Assembly: GCA_964658305.1 (NCBI GenBank)
Contig: OZ210885.1
Coordinates: 12,896,001 to 12,960,000, forward strand
Source: Leptogorgia sarmentosa
Taxonomy: Eukaryota
DNA: 64,000 nt
Direction: 5' to 3'
Positions within the stretch are counted from its first letter, which is position 1. Each line of letters begins with the position of its first letter. Positions 38,801-53,800 of this stretch are shown here, piece by piece. The notes beneath the pieces were generated by a model. That model was not told where the DNA came from and ran no database searches. It saw only the letters and a list, made by a program, of their open reading frames with translations. The translations under genes and the position numbers were made by a program.

Positions 38801-41800
38801 ATTGTTTGCTTGATCGTAATCTTCCGCCATATTTTTGAGATCAGTATTCAGTAGTGACTACCTTCAGATGGTAACCCAAAATTGTGGCGATATTTCTGTG
38901 GACTTGGCTACCTAAAGGGGAATTAGTACCCTCGCCCCGGCCATTCACCCAAACGACGCACCCTGGCGTGGGTCTGGAATCAGTGGTGTCCACCTACACG
39001 CCACGATCCAAAATAACAATGACGATGGATTTACCAAAACTGAAACTGTAATCGTATCAAGAGGATCAAAGCCCAGCTAATTGCAGTGAAATGTAATAGC
39101 CATTGCAAATATAAAGCAGTTTATTGACGTTTCGTTGCAACGCACGACATCTTCTGATTAAAGATGTAAAATTACAAGTAACAGTACGAGATATTTACAA
39201 AGTTATCGATAAATTCATATATGGGGTAACCGCCTATCCAAGAAGATAAAGTGGTCATATTATATCTTTATTCTGAAGATGTCGCGCGTTTAGACAAAAC
39301 GTCAATAAACTGCATTATATTTTATTTACTAATAGCTATTCTTTTGACTGCAATAATCTAGGCTTTCATCCTCCTGCTATAATTATGGTCCAAAATGGGA
39401 ATCATTTGAAGAACTTCAGACCTCGCTATCAGTTCTTCTTCCCTTTTCCCGTTGTACATAACCGTGCAGAATTAGTAGCCTCGCCCCGGGCTTACGCTCG
39501 AACAGAGCTTCGGTGAATGGTAAAAATTACCGTTGCCCTCAAATTTACTGGTCAGACGACCAAACAAAAACATTATTTACTACTGAAATAATGCTAAAAG
39601 TTGAAGCAAATAATTGCTGCCTAGATAGTGCTCTATTGTTCCACCTTTTCGAAGAAGAATATATAAGTATTTCTGCAGTAGTTGTTTCGTGTGCTATAAT
39701 TTTAATGTTTTATACTTTGCAGAGGAGACAAAATCGTCGAAAAAACACACCAAAAACGCGTCTGTTGTTAAATACAGTTGGATTGCAACAAAAACGTTCA
39801 AGATTGAAGGTCAACAAATGGAATTAACTGGAAATGCAAAGAAAATGGCGAGAGCAATTAATGATGAGAAGACCGCCCGTGTGTTTATGCAACGATTTGG
39901 AAGTCATTTTCCCGCTGGGCTGCAAACACTTGGTGGTGTTTTTTTCCATATCGTTGATGCAGAAAGCTCATGCGCGATGGCGGCATCCGTGTTGACAGAG
40001 AAAGCGATCGAACAACTTCAAAATCAAATATCTTTCGGAGTTCTTAGTGGTCTTAGTGGAGCTGGCGCAAGCATCAGTGGCGAGAGGAGTAACAGCAATG
40101 GCAAAACAGAGGGCCATGAAGAAAAGGCTGATCAAGTCTTATACACCTTTTCTTTCCAAGCTATGGGTCCTCCAGCAACAAACCCCGCAGCGTTTAGAAA
40201 ATTGCTCGCGAATAGTTCAACTTGGGCATTAATTGATCGTGGCAATCCAAATGCATACATACCAGTCTGGGAGTTGATTCGTGATCTTGGGGCTGACTTT
40301 GAAGATGCAGCCAAGACTCTAGAATTAGCATGGTGCAAAGGTGAAGAGGAGAAAAAACAGAAAGTAAGCTTACTTTGCCGGAAAACTCATACCTTCAAGC
40401 GCACAATATTCCTTGCCACGATAAATTGGGACGAATTAACTATATAATAATTCCCTTACAAATTAGATGAAATTTGTGGCGGAATAATTTTGACGGATGA
40501 AAATAGGAGTATGCGCACAAATTCTTAATTGTTTATATCTCCGGGCGTCAGCCATGTGTGAGGGTACTAATTCCGCACGGCTATTTCATCCTTGTAAAAG
40601 AAAGCATAGCGTATAGCATGCTCCGCTGCTATTTTGGCTCATTTTCGATCGAAGGTCATCTCTGATCTCAAAAATTTAGCGGAACGTCGTGAGGAGCGAA
40701 CATAAAGACATAAATACTGGGAAAGGCAGCAAAGTGAGAAGAAACGATCGTGAATTCAAACACAAGACGAGTTTGTTAATTTATTGTTTGCACTAAATTT
40801 ATATAAATGGCCGGCGTAACTCCCACTTTCAATTTGTTCACTGTTTTAAAATTGATTTAATTCCAGAAAGTTTATGCTTTCATATTGAAAGACGGAAGGT
40901 TATTATTGCAAAATATGAACCAACTTTATATATAAACTGACAATACGGGCGAATATTGGCTTGAAATGGTTTCGTTTCAAATACGAAATTTACGTGGATA
41001 AAATATGTATAGGTAATAGTATGTTTTCTCGTGCATTTTTGAAAAAACATGCACGAGTGAGTTTTTCAAAAACATTCAAAATTGTGCAATGTGAAGTCTA
41101 TGAAAAACTCACGAGTGTATATTTTTCGAAATTGCACGAGAAAACATACTATTACTTTTTAATAATATACAAGAAAAAATTTAAATAAATTATACTTGTC
41201 TCGCTTTGTTCGGCCGTTATTAGCTACAGGTTATACGGACTTGTTTTGCGTGTTCATTGAGCACTTGCTTGAACGAAGAGAAATCTTTGTCTCGTATTAT
41301 AAAAAGGTTGTCATCATCGACTGCTCTTAATATCACTTTTAAGCTGTCTGCTTCATATTCATCGCCGTTTCTTTTTTAATTCACAGTTTTCGTTCAGCAT
41401 AAAAACAATCGAGCAAAATATACAACCTAACACCTCTTGCGGAATATTTTGTATCTCGCGCTGTATTTTCTTTTCAATGCACCACTTTATCCGCACAATC
41501 AACCACAAGAATAGTTATCTTTCCTGGTATTTTCATTTTTCGAACTATTTTTAAGCCCCTCATTTATTTGCCTTTTGCTAAAAAAATCCACCGCAAGCGG
41601 CAGCCATTTTATCAGCCTCGAATAATTTCATATTTTGTTATTGTTCGGCAGATATGCCTTAAATCTGATTGGCTAGCTTTGTAATATCAGCCAATTATGA
41701 GAAGACATAAACATCTGAAGAAGTTTGCACTGAATTTCCTTTTTTGGCACTGTGTTTCCTGTTTGTCACTGTATTTTCAGAATCGAGAAATCATTTTTCA

Positions 41801-44800
41801 TGTATATTATCAGGTTTCTTATTGAAACATTTCAAAACGTTTTATACAAATTAATAAGGCAAATTTTCTACCGAATGAGTTTAATACGGGTGAGAAAATG
41901 CAATCCATTCCATCGCGGCATTCCTTTCTATTATTTTCTCATTTAAAAACTATATATACATAAAGAATATGGATTTGCCGCGTTGTAATGACAACAATGT
42001 GTTATACTACTTGGTACCAGTAGTATACGTGATTATAGCTATGCCTGGTGTCTCCAGGTTCATCTACTAAATTATGCTATTTCGTTATACATTCGCCATC
42101 AAACTAATTAAACCAACTGTTAAACTTTGTTATACATCTGTGAAAGTGTTCTTTTTAATTTTATGTTTCCTTATGTGTGCATATTTCGACACATGGTAGT
42201 GAATTTGTTGATAATAAAGATTTCTCTACCAGCCTGAAGAATTGCGCAATCCACATGTGCCCTCACGAAATTGTACCCCCCCCCCCCCCCCCACGATAAG
42301 ATGTCGCGCCGTCCCTGCGGACACACCAGCAGAGATGATATGCACGGTTCGCAAAAAGATACGAGAAACATAAGTGAATCTTTTACCGTCACGAATATAA
42401 TATGCGACAATCGAAATATTTTACAAACTGAAGTGACAAAAAGGCTAAAAGCAGCTTTGTTGTTATCGTTTAAATCTTCATCCTAAATTGTACAAATTTT
42501 GAAAAATCTTCGTTTGTAACTATTATAATATAAACAGGTTATTAAATTCAACATTTCAACGTTCCCACGTATTTAATCATTTAACTAGAAACACACATAC
42601 ATGCAACAACAAGACTACATTCAACTCAAGTGGAAATATATTCTAGCAACCTGAAATACTGCGACATTGTTAAAATAAAAACACTGCAATTCATATTTTT
42701 TGGAATATTTTTCAGGAATATTTTTTGAAAATGAAAAAATATTGGTAAAACATATCCGTCTTCAAACTCAGTTTTTATTGACAATTTTTCTTTTTGTACA
42801 ATATATGACACTCTAATTTATAAGTGAAAAAGATTGCGCGCGCGTGATTGGCTAACAGCCGTTAAACTTAAATTTGTTGAAAATATTCGCATAAAACGTT
42901 TTGAAATGTTTTAACTTTCTGAAACTATGTTTTTATTTTACACAAATTTGGTCATTGAAATAAAAACATTTTAAACCAATAATCGCTCGTATTCTTTTAC
43001 ATCTAAAGTTCGTTAGCATTGTCAAGTAGTAAAAGGCCGTCTTACATTTACACAACGTAAAATTTCTTAAATTAAACTGTAAACAGATTGAATGTGGTTA
43101 AACCGGCCATTCATATAAATACGCGAGAAATTTATATGCAAACAATACATACGCTTGTCTTGTATTTCAATCCATTGTTGTTTTTCCTGGCTTTTCTCCT
43201 TTCTGCATGTACAAAGGTCCAGAATGCATGCTTCGCAGGAGTATTTTATAGTCTTGCAGCGATAGTTTTCGTTTTTGTTTTCGCCTTTTGAACGCTTTTA
43301 GTGCTCGGTCTTCATGATAGTCCGCCATGTTTTTTAGATCAGTGATATTATGATCACCATTAGATGACAACCACAAATAGCGGCCAAACTGTGGAACTTC
43401 AGACCTTTGAACTCTAAGTATTCTGGAATGATGACTTCATACAATTATAAACGTGCCCATACTTGCCTGAAACCAAGATGGCGGCCTAAAAACTCCAGCG
43501 ATTGGCCGCATTTACACATCTAATTCTTAATTTTTACCTAATAAATTGCGTTCCCGCAAGCTTAAAAGTACATTATGAAAAGCGCTGGTGCTTTTTATTT
43601 TTAAAGGATGGTAAAATAGTCTCGTACACTTTCTAGAATGCGCAAAACTACAAAGAAAAAAAAATTTAGGGCAACGCCCGGACGGTGCTTCCCGCTGTGG
43701 CTCGGGAACAAATAGTTTATTGACAAAGCTCCTTTGTTCCAAAGCGTGGTATTGTATTATTCTTAGCTTCTTCGGTTCTATATGACTTTCGTCTTCATCT
43801 TGCTTCATACAATGTGCAATGAAAGAAAAGAACTCTGTCGATTTAAATCCCGGAATGCGTACCTTTCCGCTCAGTCAGTAACAAATATGCAGAATTCGAT
43901 AATTACATGCAGTATGCGAGAATCATAATTTTTGCTGAACTTTTCTGAAAGTGCAAGAGTAGCGAAAGAATTTAATGTATTTAAAAACTTATTTTAATTT
44001 TTTGATTCTTTAGCGTGACAATGATATTGAAGAATTAAGAAGTAAAGTAAGTACAATAATAGAATATTGAACATTTTATCCATTTTTTTCAATTTACAAA
44101 AATTCTTATTGACACAAAGGGCCATTTATAAGAATAAAGGTGGTCGTGACTTATGCATACCTGATTTAGATTACACGACTCAAATATGTCCCCATGTTGA
44201 CAATTTCGGTCTATTTGTACAAACCCATTTTTGCCAAAACGTGTCTCATCTGAGATGCAAACACGCATTTCGTACCGTTTATACCTCAAGGTCGCATTTT
44301 ATTGATAGCGACCCGTTCGTGACGCCTAATTTTGCCCCGTGCAAATGTTATTAAAGGAACACTGAATGGTTTTCCGCGCAGGATTGCGTCATCCATGCAC
44401 ACGGCATCAGTGGCCGATCTAGCGTACATCAAAGAGGTCATGTGATGTGAGCAAAATTTGGATAAAAATTCCAATTTAGTTTCTTCAGCCCAGTCAATGA
44501 TTATTTCCATCGCTAAGTTTATTTGAACTCTATTATAACATTTATATTTCATTATTCTAAAACTATTGGATTTAAAGAGCAATCAGTATCCATAGCCCTT
44601 TGACGTGTTTAAATAAAGTTTTTGATTGATTGATTGATTTGCCGCATTCAACGGTGTTTGCATTGATGACTCGTTTAATTAAAATCGTTTACTTTGACGA
44701 ATATATACGAATATTTTTTTGAAGAAGCAAACACAGCTCTTCGAAAGAACGACAAGTTTGCTTTGTGGCATGGTATATACGAACAACAGCTAAGTTGTTC

Positions 44801-47800
44801 ATGAAGGAGTTAAACTCGAAGCCCGAGTTTGTCCCTAATAGATCGCGGGACGGTTTCTAATACAAACTCCTTTTGAAACTGAAGCTTTCACCGTCCGGTG
44901 AGACGTACACAGCCATCAGATATGTATCAAAATAGGATCCACAATTTATATAAAGTTTTAAACGTATCAGGATTAGGAATATCGATGCGGTTCTGGCAGT
45001 TTTGCTCTGCCAATTCTGCGGTTATTAGCATATATTATACATTTCAATAAATGCATAATAAATTCCTAAATTTTCAATATATTGTCGGATGGTGTATGTT
45101 ATACAAGGGATGATGTGGAAAATTAAGCAATTCCACATCCACGAAATCGCGCAAAGAATCACCTGTTTCTACCAAACTCCTCTATCGTTTCGCAGAGGTG
45201 TGAAAGGCGGGTTACTGCCGCCTTAAAACCGGTTTGTTTATGTCTGGCCTTTCGAAACTGTCCATGTCCGGAATTGCAGGCATAATATAATTATTTCGCT
45301 GCAAGCTATCAGTATGTATCTCCTAGGCATGCTGATGAGTTCTGGTATCGGGCAAAACAGTCGCTATTGATAATATAAACAATTTTTCGCCAAGTTTTAA
45401 TTAATTCAATATTTGAAGGATTTTGCTGCTAATATCATTGCTGTAAATTTCCTGAACGCTGATTTCTAAAAAGCTTCAACAACTGTGCAAATTAAACATT
45501 AATTGCATTTGCACGGTTTCGAGCCCGCGATACATTATAAAAGCAAATAAATAAACGCTTATCAACGATAAAATTCTTGTTTATTCTGTCATTTATTGTC
45601 AACTTTGGACAAATAAGTTTAGTGAATGTTAAGAAGGATGTGAACAGTTTTGTACTGGTCGACACGCGCGTGTACGCGGGACACGTGACTAGGTTGTTGT
45701 TGTTCGGTAGCGGTTGTGTTCTACGCATATTTTTGTATACTGCATGTTATTTAGCATAATTATATTTTTGTCAAACTTTTCATCGTCTCGTTTCGACACC
45801 GAACCATCTGTCAACTAAACATTTGGCGATCCTGCCAGGACCTTCGTCGAGAACATGGATTTTTAAAGGTTAATCGCTAATTTTTGCACCGATTCGTATG
45901 GGGAATTTTGACGGCATCGTGGTCAAGCGTTTTATAGTAAAAGGTTTTATTCGTTTCACATCGATATTGGAAGCATATTTAATGGTTGTTATGAATACGT
46001 GGTAATCGTGGGTTTGGATTGAACGTTATTGGCTGGTTTTTTGGGAAAAGTGCGTAAAAAATTTGGGAATTTATCGGGCAGTTTTGGAAAATCGTCGACC
46101 ACGCTGTTCACCGAGTGGACATCTGGGGATAGCAGAGGATAAACAAGAAATCAATTGATTTGTGAGTACAAAGTTTTACGTAAAAGCTAAAGTAAAGGCT
46201 ATAGTTATGACGGACGGTGAAACAACAAACCAAACCCCTCAAATAGATGAATCTCAGGCAGTTGAAGAAAGGGTATTAGGGTTAAAGAGAGAAAAGAGGG
46301 CAAGGAAAACAGCTGTGACAAGAATAAGGCATAACATAGAATAATTATGTGTGCACAAGAACAAGTTGAATTGCGAAGCCATAGAAAGAGAGATTGAGAC
46401 ATTATGGGAAGCCTTAGAAAGAGGGTTGTCGGTTATGGATGAACTGTGCTCAACTTATATAAAATCAAGCCAATCAGAGGCTAAGCTAGCTATCTTAACG
46501 GAGCAGGATAATTTCGAAGCAGAAGTGCATCAGGCGGTAGAGAAAGCCCAGCACATAATTAGAGAATACATGGGAAATAGTTCACAGACAGCATCTGCTC
46601 AGGAAATGGAGATTACCAGTCCAGCAACTACACTTACGGAAGTGAACCCACCAAGCCCACCAAGCTCGCCAAGCAATCCTACTAGCACACCACATAAGCT
46701 CAAACCATTGACTGTTCCAGTGTTTAATGGTGATAAAACTCCTTTTGAAGATTTTTGGGCACTATTCGCCAGTCTAGTAGATGAGGGAAATGAGCCTGTG
46801 AATATAAAGATGGCCCGTCTACGTCAAAGTCTGTCAGGAAATGCACTGGATGCAATTCGGGGATTGGGTGTCACTGAACCAGAATATGATGAGGCCAAAG
46901 AAATATTAAAAACTAAGTTTGGAGGACAGCGCCGTCAACTGCAGGCCTACCTAGATCAATTAGGGAACATGCCAGCGTTGAAACATAATGACATTCAGGC
47001 TTTCGAAAAGTTTGCAGATCTTGTCCGGGTAACTGTGGTAAAATTACAAGCAGAAGAACGTAGTGGTGCATTGGGAGATGGTGCACTACACAGTCTTTTG
47101 GTAAGAAAGCTAGCAGAAAGACAGGTAGAAAACTACAGTAGATGGCTGAGCGAGCAACGTAAAGAACGGTCGGTGTTAACACTACGCGATTGGTTGAAAG
47201 AAGAGGTATATATCAGAGTCGAGGCGACAGAAATGGCCCAGGGAGTAGACTCGAAGCCTAGAGATTACGATAGAGGAAAGCACAAGCAATTCGAAAGAGG
47301 CTACCGACCTCGAACCTTGTACACTTCTCGAGAACAAGTAAAGAATAAAGATGGCGATGCTGGTAACATGTATTCTAAGCCTCCTTGCGTAGTGTGTGGG
47401 GGTAATCATGGAGTGTGGTCTTGCAAGAACTTCAGTGGTATGACCGTGCCTGACCGGTGGAAAGTTGCAAAGGAGAAACGTTTATGCTTCCGATGCCTCG
47501 CAAGCAATCATCTTGGAAAGGATTGTACAAGATCGAAGACCTGCACAGTACAGGGATGTAAAAAGAGCCATCATAATTTGTTGCACGAAGACAGTAAAAG
47601 AGGAGATGACGAGGAGAAGATAGAGTTGCCACGGGAGGGGGCAGGACATCGAACCCATACCTCAACAAACCATGATGAACCCGCTGCAGAAGCTCTCTCG
47701 CTCCGTACGATCCCGGTATGGGTAAAGGCTAACGGAAGGAAAGTAAAAATTAATGCCATTCTGGACGATGCGTCTAACGAGACATTTCTGAACGAACAGG

Positions 47801-50800
47801 TTGCTGGAGCGTTGGGACTACAAGAACCGTACAAAGCCGTGAAGGTTCATGTGTTAAATGATCAGGTTGAAATCTTACAATCTATGCCTGTTAAGGTTAT
47901 GATAGAAGGGGTTGACGGACAGTATCGCAAGGAAATCAGTGCTAAAACATGTCCACAGAACGTAACTGGAACCTACAAGGTCGAGGACTGGTCGAAGAAT
48001 AAGGGAAACTGGCCACATTTACAAGGTTGTGATTTTGCAACACCAGCAAAAGACGGGTTGGTAGACTTATTGATTGGGGTAGACAACGCGGATTTACTGT
48101 ATTCGAGAGCGGACGTTCGCGGAGAACCAGGGAGTCCAATTGCCAGACTTGGACCTCTTGGTTGGAGTTGTATTGGATCCACAGTGAAGCGACAGGAATC
48201 GACCCACAGAACTCACACTATTCGAACTCTGTTGTCAAGGAACACACAAGAAATTACCGGTGCCGCGCCATGTTGCCAGGTGGATGAGAGTGTTAAGCGC
48301 TTCTGGGAAATTGAAAGTTGCGGGACGGAGAACTTTAATTCTAGAATACACACTGTAGAGGAAACAGAAGCCCTGAACAAGGTGAAGGAATCGGTTAGCT
48401 ATAACAGCGCAAACTCGAGATGCAAGATAACCGTTCCGTGGAAAGATAATCGGCCGACACTTCCAGACAATCGAGAACAAGCACTGATACGACTCTCTAG
48501 CACTGAAAAGAAGCTGAAGAAGGACCATGTTGTGGGTAAAGAATATCAACAAACAATCGAATCCTATGTGAAAAAAGGCTATTTGCGTCGAGTGCCTGAG
48601 AGTGAAACGATACCACCGCAGATATGGTACCTACCACATTTCCCAATCATCAGAATGGACAAGACGACGACGAAGGTGCGAATCGTCTTCGACTGTTCGG
48701 CCAAGGCGAACGGGGTTTCTTTGAATGATCTCATCAACCCAGGGCCGAAGTTGCAACGGGACTGTTCGATGTTTTGCTTCGTTTTCGGCGCAATCAAGTA
48801 GCATTAGCCTGCGACATAAAAGAAATGTACCTGCAGGTGGAAATTGAAGAGAAAGACCGTCCATTTTTCCGTGTCCTGTGGCGAGATCTAGACTGCACTA
48901 AAGAGCCCGATGTCTATGAGTTTACTCGAGTTGTTTTTGGCAAAAACTCGGCTCCAATGGAGGCGCAATTCATCGCACAAGAGAACGCAAGACGGCACGA
49001 AGAATCTTACCCGTTGGCGGCAGAAACCGTATTAAAGTCAACCTACATGTATGATTCGATAGATAGCGTAGAGTCAGACGAAAGCGGTGTTGAATTGTAT
49101 CATCAGTTGCGAGCACTTTGGGCCAAAGCAGGAATGTATGCTAGAAAATGGGTGTCCAATTCCGAAAAGATAATGGCGGAGATTCCGATCGAAGACCAAG
49201 CAGAGCAGCTCACCATTGCTGACAACAAAGACCCTGTTGTAAAAATCTCGGTATTGAGTGGGACAGCAAAAGTGACACCTTAACCCTACCCACTTCCAAA
49301 GTGTCATCAGATATTCCAATGACCAAACGAAACGTCTTAAAGAAGATTGCTGCTGTTTTTGACCCACTTGGTTTCATTAGTCCATTTGTTATGGTCGCGA
49401 AAGTTATTTTGCAAGAACTTTGGGCTCGTGGCTATGAATGGGATGAGATTATAGTCGATGAAATCGCTAATCGGATAGCCGCATGGTTCGTTCAGTTACA
49501 GGAAGTCGCAGCAATCCAAATACCAAGGTGCCTGTGCGAACATAAACAAGTCGCGTCCCGAGAAGTTGTTACATTCGTCGATGCCTCGCTGAAGGCGTAT
49601 GGGACTGTAGTCTACTTAAGATGCATTTACGAGGACGGATCTTGTTCCAGCAGATTAATCGCATCAAAGAGTAAAGTCGCACCACTAACGCCGATAACAG
49701 TGCCAAGGCTCGAATTAATGGCAGCAATTCTGGGCTTAAGACTTACTCAGAACGTCCTTCGGGCTCTTTCGATGAGCATGCAGGATGCCACTTTTTACTC
49801 CGATAGTACGGACGTATTGTGGTGGATTCGTGGCTGCGGAAAGGATTTTCGACCGTTCATCGCTAATCGCATTGGAGATATACAAATGCACAGCAACCCT
49901 ATACAGTGGCAGCACGTTCCAACAGACCGAAATCCGGCGGACTTGTGTACACGCGGCTCGACGCCGTTGCAATTATCGAAGTCAAACTTCTGGTGGAACG
50001 GTCCGGCGTGGTTAGTGCAGGAAACTTCACAGTGGCCCAGAATGGATTTAGCAAAGGCTCCAGCAAATCTTCCAGAAAAGAAAGCCCAAAAAGAGAAAAA
50101 ACGGATTTCAACGGACTATGCTAAGAGTCGCAGTATGGCAACCAAAGCAAATGAAGAGTTAGCGAAGTCCACAGATCTTTGGCGATTAGACCCACAGCGT
50201 TTCTCGGATTGGAAGCATTTAGTCCGTATACATGCCAGAGTGAACAGAGTCATTACCAATATGCGGAATAAGCAAAGACCTCAGCAGAAAGAGATCGCTC
50301 CGGAAGAGATTCGTGACGCCGAAGATGTGATCATTCGAAATGCGCAAAAGCAATCGTTTCCAAGTGAACACGATGCATTGGCCAACGGAAAACCCATGCC
50401 AAGAAGGAGTCAACTAGCAAAGCTCTCTCCTAGAATAGACCAGCAAGGAGTTATTCGGTGCGATAGTCGTCTCTACTATGCTGACAGCCTTCCGTACGAT
50501 GCAAGATGTCCGATAATCCTGCCTCGCGGACATTGGGTTACTAAATTAATCGTTCGTTATTATCATGCATTAGCTAATCACGTCGCAGGAACCAACTTCG
50601 TTCTCGCTCAAATCAGTCAAAGATTCTGGATTGTAGCAGCCCGAGAGGAAATACGCGAATGGGAGAACGAGTGCTGTACTTGCCAAAAGCGACGGAACAA
50701 ACTCGCTACCCAAGTAATGGCGCCACTACCGGACGTGCGCCTTAGGTTTACCTATCGAGCGTTCGATCAGGCGGCAGTCGATTATGCGGGGCCGCTCACG

Positions 50801-53800
50801 ACGATCCAGGGACGAGGAAAACGGCGGCTAAAGCGCTGGCTTTGCCTGTTTACATGCCTGTCGACACGCGCCGTTCATTTGGAGGTTGCATGGGGACTTG
50901 ACACTGATAGTTTTCTAAACGCGTTCACCAGGTTTATCAGCAGAAGGGGAGTTCCCAAAGAAATGGTCAGTGATAATGACACAAACTTTGTCGGAGCGGT
51001 GAACGACCTGAAAGAATTAGTAGCGCAATTGGATCGGGAGAAAATACAGCGAGCAACAGCACACAGTGGAACAACATGGTCATTCAACCCTCCTGGGGGA
51101 CCCTTGGAGGGGTGGTTGAAATAATGGTAAAGGCTGCCAAGAAAGCCATTTATGCAGTGCTCAACAATTGTGACGTGACCGACGAGGAGTTGATTACCAT
51201 ATGCACGGGAGTAGAAAGCCTAATGAATTCGCGGCCAATAACTTATCAATCAGCAAACCCGGCAGATGACGTCCCGCTGACGCCCAACCACTTTCTCCAT
51301 GGGCAGCTTGGCGGAGAATTCGCACCAGATGACATGGATTTGGATAGCAATCCTCGCAAGAGATGGCGTAAAGTTCAAGCGATCCTGTCGAGAGTATGGA
51401 GTCGCTGGTTAAAAGAATATTTGCCAACATTAAATACCCGAACGAAATGGACCGACGTGGTGAAAGACTTAAAAGACGGTGATGTTGTACTGGTTTTAGA
51501 CAAGGATTTACCAAGGGGAAAATGGCCATTAGAGAGAATCGTAGCAACATACCCAGGCAAAGACGGGCATACAAGAGTCGCAAAGGTGCAGTTGGGGGAG
51601 AAGACGTTGGTCCGACCGATACACAAACTTGTGCCTCTAAGAGTCTAGCCAGGGATTTTTTAAGTGAGGACTATAGTTCGAGAGACAGGATTAACTGACA
51701 AACGTTGTTGTTGTTTTTTTGCATAATACTATATCATAGTTCATAGTTGTCATGCGCACTGGTACGTTTGCAGTGCGGGGAGGGGGATGTTAACAAGGAT
51801 GTGAACAGTTTTGTACTGGTCGACACGCGCGTGTACGCGGGACACGTGACTAGGTTGTTGTTGTTCGGTAGCGGTTGTGTTCTACGCATATTTTTGTATA
51901 CTGCATGTTATTTAGCATAATTATATTTTTGTCAAACTTTTCATCGTCTCGTTTCGACACCGAACCATCTGTCAACTAAACAGTGAACGTGTACTACAAT
52001 GATATTAATCGCGTGCAATTTTTCATTAATACTTCGAGAACCGTGTAATTTCCTATACGAATTTTTTGAAGGGGTTGATTAAGTACGCTGGATCCGCCCT
52101 TTTCGTGGCATGTGCATGACGACTGTTTCGGAAAGCGTAAAAATTCACGAGCCGCATCACAAGTTATTATACAAAATAACTACAGTGAAATAACGGAAAT
52201 GGTAATTCTCTTTTCCATAAATAGAAGAAAACCTTCTTTATGGATTCCAGTAATCCGCTAGGAATTTGTGTTACTGTCACATTTTCGTATTTTCGTGACT
52301 CGTGAGCATTATACTCATGAATAAACATTCAGAATTTTCCGTGCAAGATAATGTACAGGATTGTCTGATCCTGCACGGCTATTGACCAATCAATGTATTT
52401 TGTGCATGTTTTGCGTAATTGCGTAATTTGTATATACATATCATGTACCAGCGTGAATTAAGTATACAAAATGCTAAAAAAACGTACAAGTTTGGGTGAC
52501 ATCTTAGATGCTGGCAACTGGAACAACTTTCTTGATGTTTTCAACGGCAATACAAAATTCGAAGTTACTTTTACTTCGGTTTAAGGTGCCTACAGTTTTA
52601 ACGCGATTTATATGAATTAGAGACCCACCTGTATTTGAAATCAGTTTACTTGTTTCACTTTTTCAGAACCATTCTCAGAGCAAGGGCGTCATCAGAGAGG
52701 GCACTGGGGGGGGGGGGGGCATGTCCCCCCAGTTATTTTTAAACCAACCTTGAGATTGTTCTAAATCTCTTGGGGTGGGGGGGGGGTGTACGACTATTCA
52801 AAATGCTAGTTGATATCAGTATAGAAACATTGGAGATAAGCTAAGAACAGATGTTGCCTTTGTGAAATAATTGAATCATGAACAATTGGTTTTTAGCAGC
52901 CTGTACAACCTTTGTTGTTGGAACAAACTTCCGATATGTGGCTTTTAGATTATCAATATACTTGCCTTAAAACGCTAAAAATAGCGTTTAGATAACCTAG
53001 GAATCAAAAAATTTTCCGGGGGTATGTCCCAAAATCCCCTCACTCACATATATCATCATACAAATATCACCTCTTCGATGCTAACCGTGCCCCCCCCCCC
53101 TCCCCCCGCTTCAACAACCTGGCGACGCCCCTGCCTCAGAGATACAATTCATACTAATATGACACTGCTGAAGAACAACGAAAAATTCGTTGTCTCGAGC
53201 GGCATTTGAACTCGCATTTTCGGGTTTGTAAGGATGCATAAAAAAAAATTCTGTGGGAAATATTCCCTAAACTAACGAGCCCACGAAATTTGTGAAAACT
53301 TTTAGTTAAACTAGGTAGATGACTACCATGCATGTGGCACATCTAGCACTGAGTTTCAGAATTGTGGCAATTGAAATACCAGGCGGGAATCTTAATCTGA
53401 ATATGAATATTAGTGCCCAGCAAGCGATTTTAAATGCATACATATTAAAACCATTCAGTTTTATATAAAATTTATTGCTAACGTTTCGTTGCTACATGGC
53501 AACATCAACAGAGCTATAATGATAATGTAATAGTTATAATATAGATACACCAACTATTACATTATCATTATAGCTCTGATGATGTTGCGATGTAGCAACG
53601 AAACGTTAGCAATAAATTTAATAAAACTGAATGGTTTTAATATGTATGCATTAAAAATCGCTTGCTGGGCATTAATATTCATATTTAGATTAGCACTGAG
53701 TTTATTTAATTAAAAATCTATCTTTTATTGCTGGATGGCACCTTAAAAATGACTTGCGCACAAAAACTATGCCCTTTTGACGGTATTTTATTCAATCGAG

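Noticed and set aside
24376..40363. Calling the host gene a GVIN1 ortholog
   Set aside because: Only the N-terminal region resembles GVIN1; no GTPase motifs appear anywhere in the window.
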